Shown piece after piece: positions 63,236 through 64,000 of a stretch of 64,000 nucleotides of DNA. Positions within the stretch are counted from its first letter, which is position 1; each line of letters begins with the position of its first letter. This DNA is from an uncultured bacterium. Its GTDB lineage: Bacteria > Auribacterota > Erginobacteria > Erginobacterales > Erginobacteraceae. The translations under genes were made by a program, and so were the position numbers. Location of the stretch: positions 32,001-96,000 of the forward strand of contig CAWGIE010000047.1 of assembly GCA_963822585.1 (NCBI GenBank), in the 5' to 3' direction. The notes under the pieces were generated by a model. It searched no databases, was not told where the DNA came from, and worked only from the letters and a program-made list of their open reading frames with translations.

Positions 63236-63637
63236 ATGAGTAGAAGAAGAACGATTCCTTCCTCTCGCTGGAACCAATTCCACCATCTCGCCGTTGTTTT
63301 TAAGGACGCAGCGGCCTTGGCAAGGGAGTTTGAGTATTGGAACGTAGCCGGGGTTTTGATCGTACACGCGGCGATCGCGTTTACCGACGCGCTTACCGTT
63401 AAAATCGGAGGAGTAAAATCAGGCGGCGAAGATCATTACCAGGCCGGCCAGCTGGTCCAGGAAGTTGTCGCGCTTGATCCGGAGGGGAAACGCGCTTTGA
63501 GACATTTCTTCGCCATTATCGGGGAGAAATCCTTAGTGTCGTATAGTGGTAAAATCTATCGGCAGGGAGAGATAACGTCCCTCTGGAAGCATCTGGAACG
63601 TTACCAGCAATGGGTCGAATCCATCTTAAAAGGATAA
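63236..63637 (+). CDS. HEPN-domain protein, pair 3
   Basis: WNVAGVLIVHAAIAFTDAL, EDH, EKSLVSY. Confidence 0.75.
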   Translation: MSRRRTIPSSRWNQFHHLAVVFKDAAALAREFEYWNVAGVLIVHAAIAFTDALTVKIGGVKSGGEDHYQAGQLVQEVVALDPEGKRALRHFFAIIGEKSLVSYSGKIYRQGEITSLWKHLERYQQWVESILKG

Positions 63638-63816
63638 GGTCATTGCCATCTGTCCCCAGCAGAAATCTTGAAACTCATTGAAAGCGGTGCTTTTACAAGG
63701 CGAAGCCGATCCTACAATCCGCCTCCGGCGGAGATCCTGCATTTCCTACAATCCGCCTCTGGCGGCGATACTACAGCTTCTCAAACTTAATATTTAGGGT
63801 TTGATCCTCGATGACT

Positions 63817-64000
63817 ATGAGTAAACATTCTTTGTGGGTCGGAATTTGTTTCTTAATCATAGGCTGCGCTTCCGGCAGTCCTGCGCCGGAACCACTGGCA
63901 GAGCCCGGCAAACCGCTGGCAGAACCCATCAAATTTACCATTGCACAACGGCACACCAGATCGATTGCTGAATACGATGATGATCTCAAAATACATATCG
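63817..64000 (+). CDS. Lipoprotein, 5' part; runs off the window
   Basis: Own translation: MSKHSLWVGICFLIIG-CASGSPAPEP..., open to the window end. Confidence 0.6.
   Translation, partial: MSKHSLWVGICFLIIGCASGSPAPEPLAEPGKPLAEPIKFTIAQRHTRSIAEYDDDLKIHI

Noticed and set aside
63771..63989. Minus-strand 72-aa ORF
   Set aside because: The plus-strand frame from 63817 encodes a clear lipoprotein signal and is preferred.
55000..64000. Integron cassette array
   Set aside because: No intI gene and no convincing attC sites (RYYYAAC...GTTRRRY with paired L boxes) identified by eye.

Overview
GC-rich bacterial chromosomal window; taxonomy cannot be established from sequence alone. Housekeeping and metabolic genes: gatB, YbaK deacylase, a menA-like prenyltransferase/polyprenyl synthase/NDH-2 operon, ilvB-like, recQ, typA, two-component genes, MFS and a SpoIIE phosphatase. 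At 13-30 kb there is a cluster of large secreted modular proteins. Three of them (two MBL-fold hydrolases, one split by a frameshift, and a GH9) end in the same six-repeat 40-aa FG-GAP-like domain terminating in D(I/L)PVTR; a fourth, fibre-like protein carries two such repeats at its N-terminus. Nearly every intergenic region is a mosaic of short repeats: 7/8/10/14-mer tracts, GTAG-type REP-like hairpins, tandem REP arrays, MITE-like elements and nested mini-hairpin insertions. Most of these families switch strand polarity at about 23-26 kb. One IS481-family element and one inverted-repeat-flanked four-helix-bundle gene are present. The last 10 kb is an accessory region with three paralogous wHTH-nucleotidyltransferase + HEPN (K-x4-Y) pairs, ORF6N pseudogenes and gene fragments. 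Two secreted acidic-protein genes share a sigma54-type promoter and an upstream palindromic enhancer-like site. No rRNA, tRNA or true CRISPR array was seen. Protein family calls are from motif recognition, not database searches.
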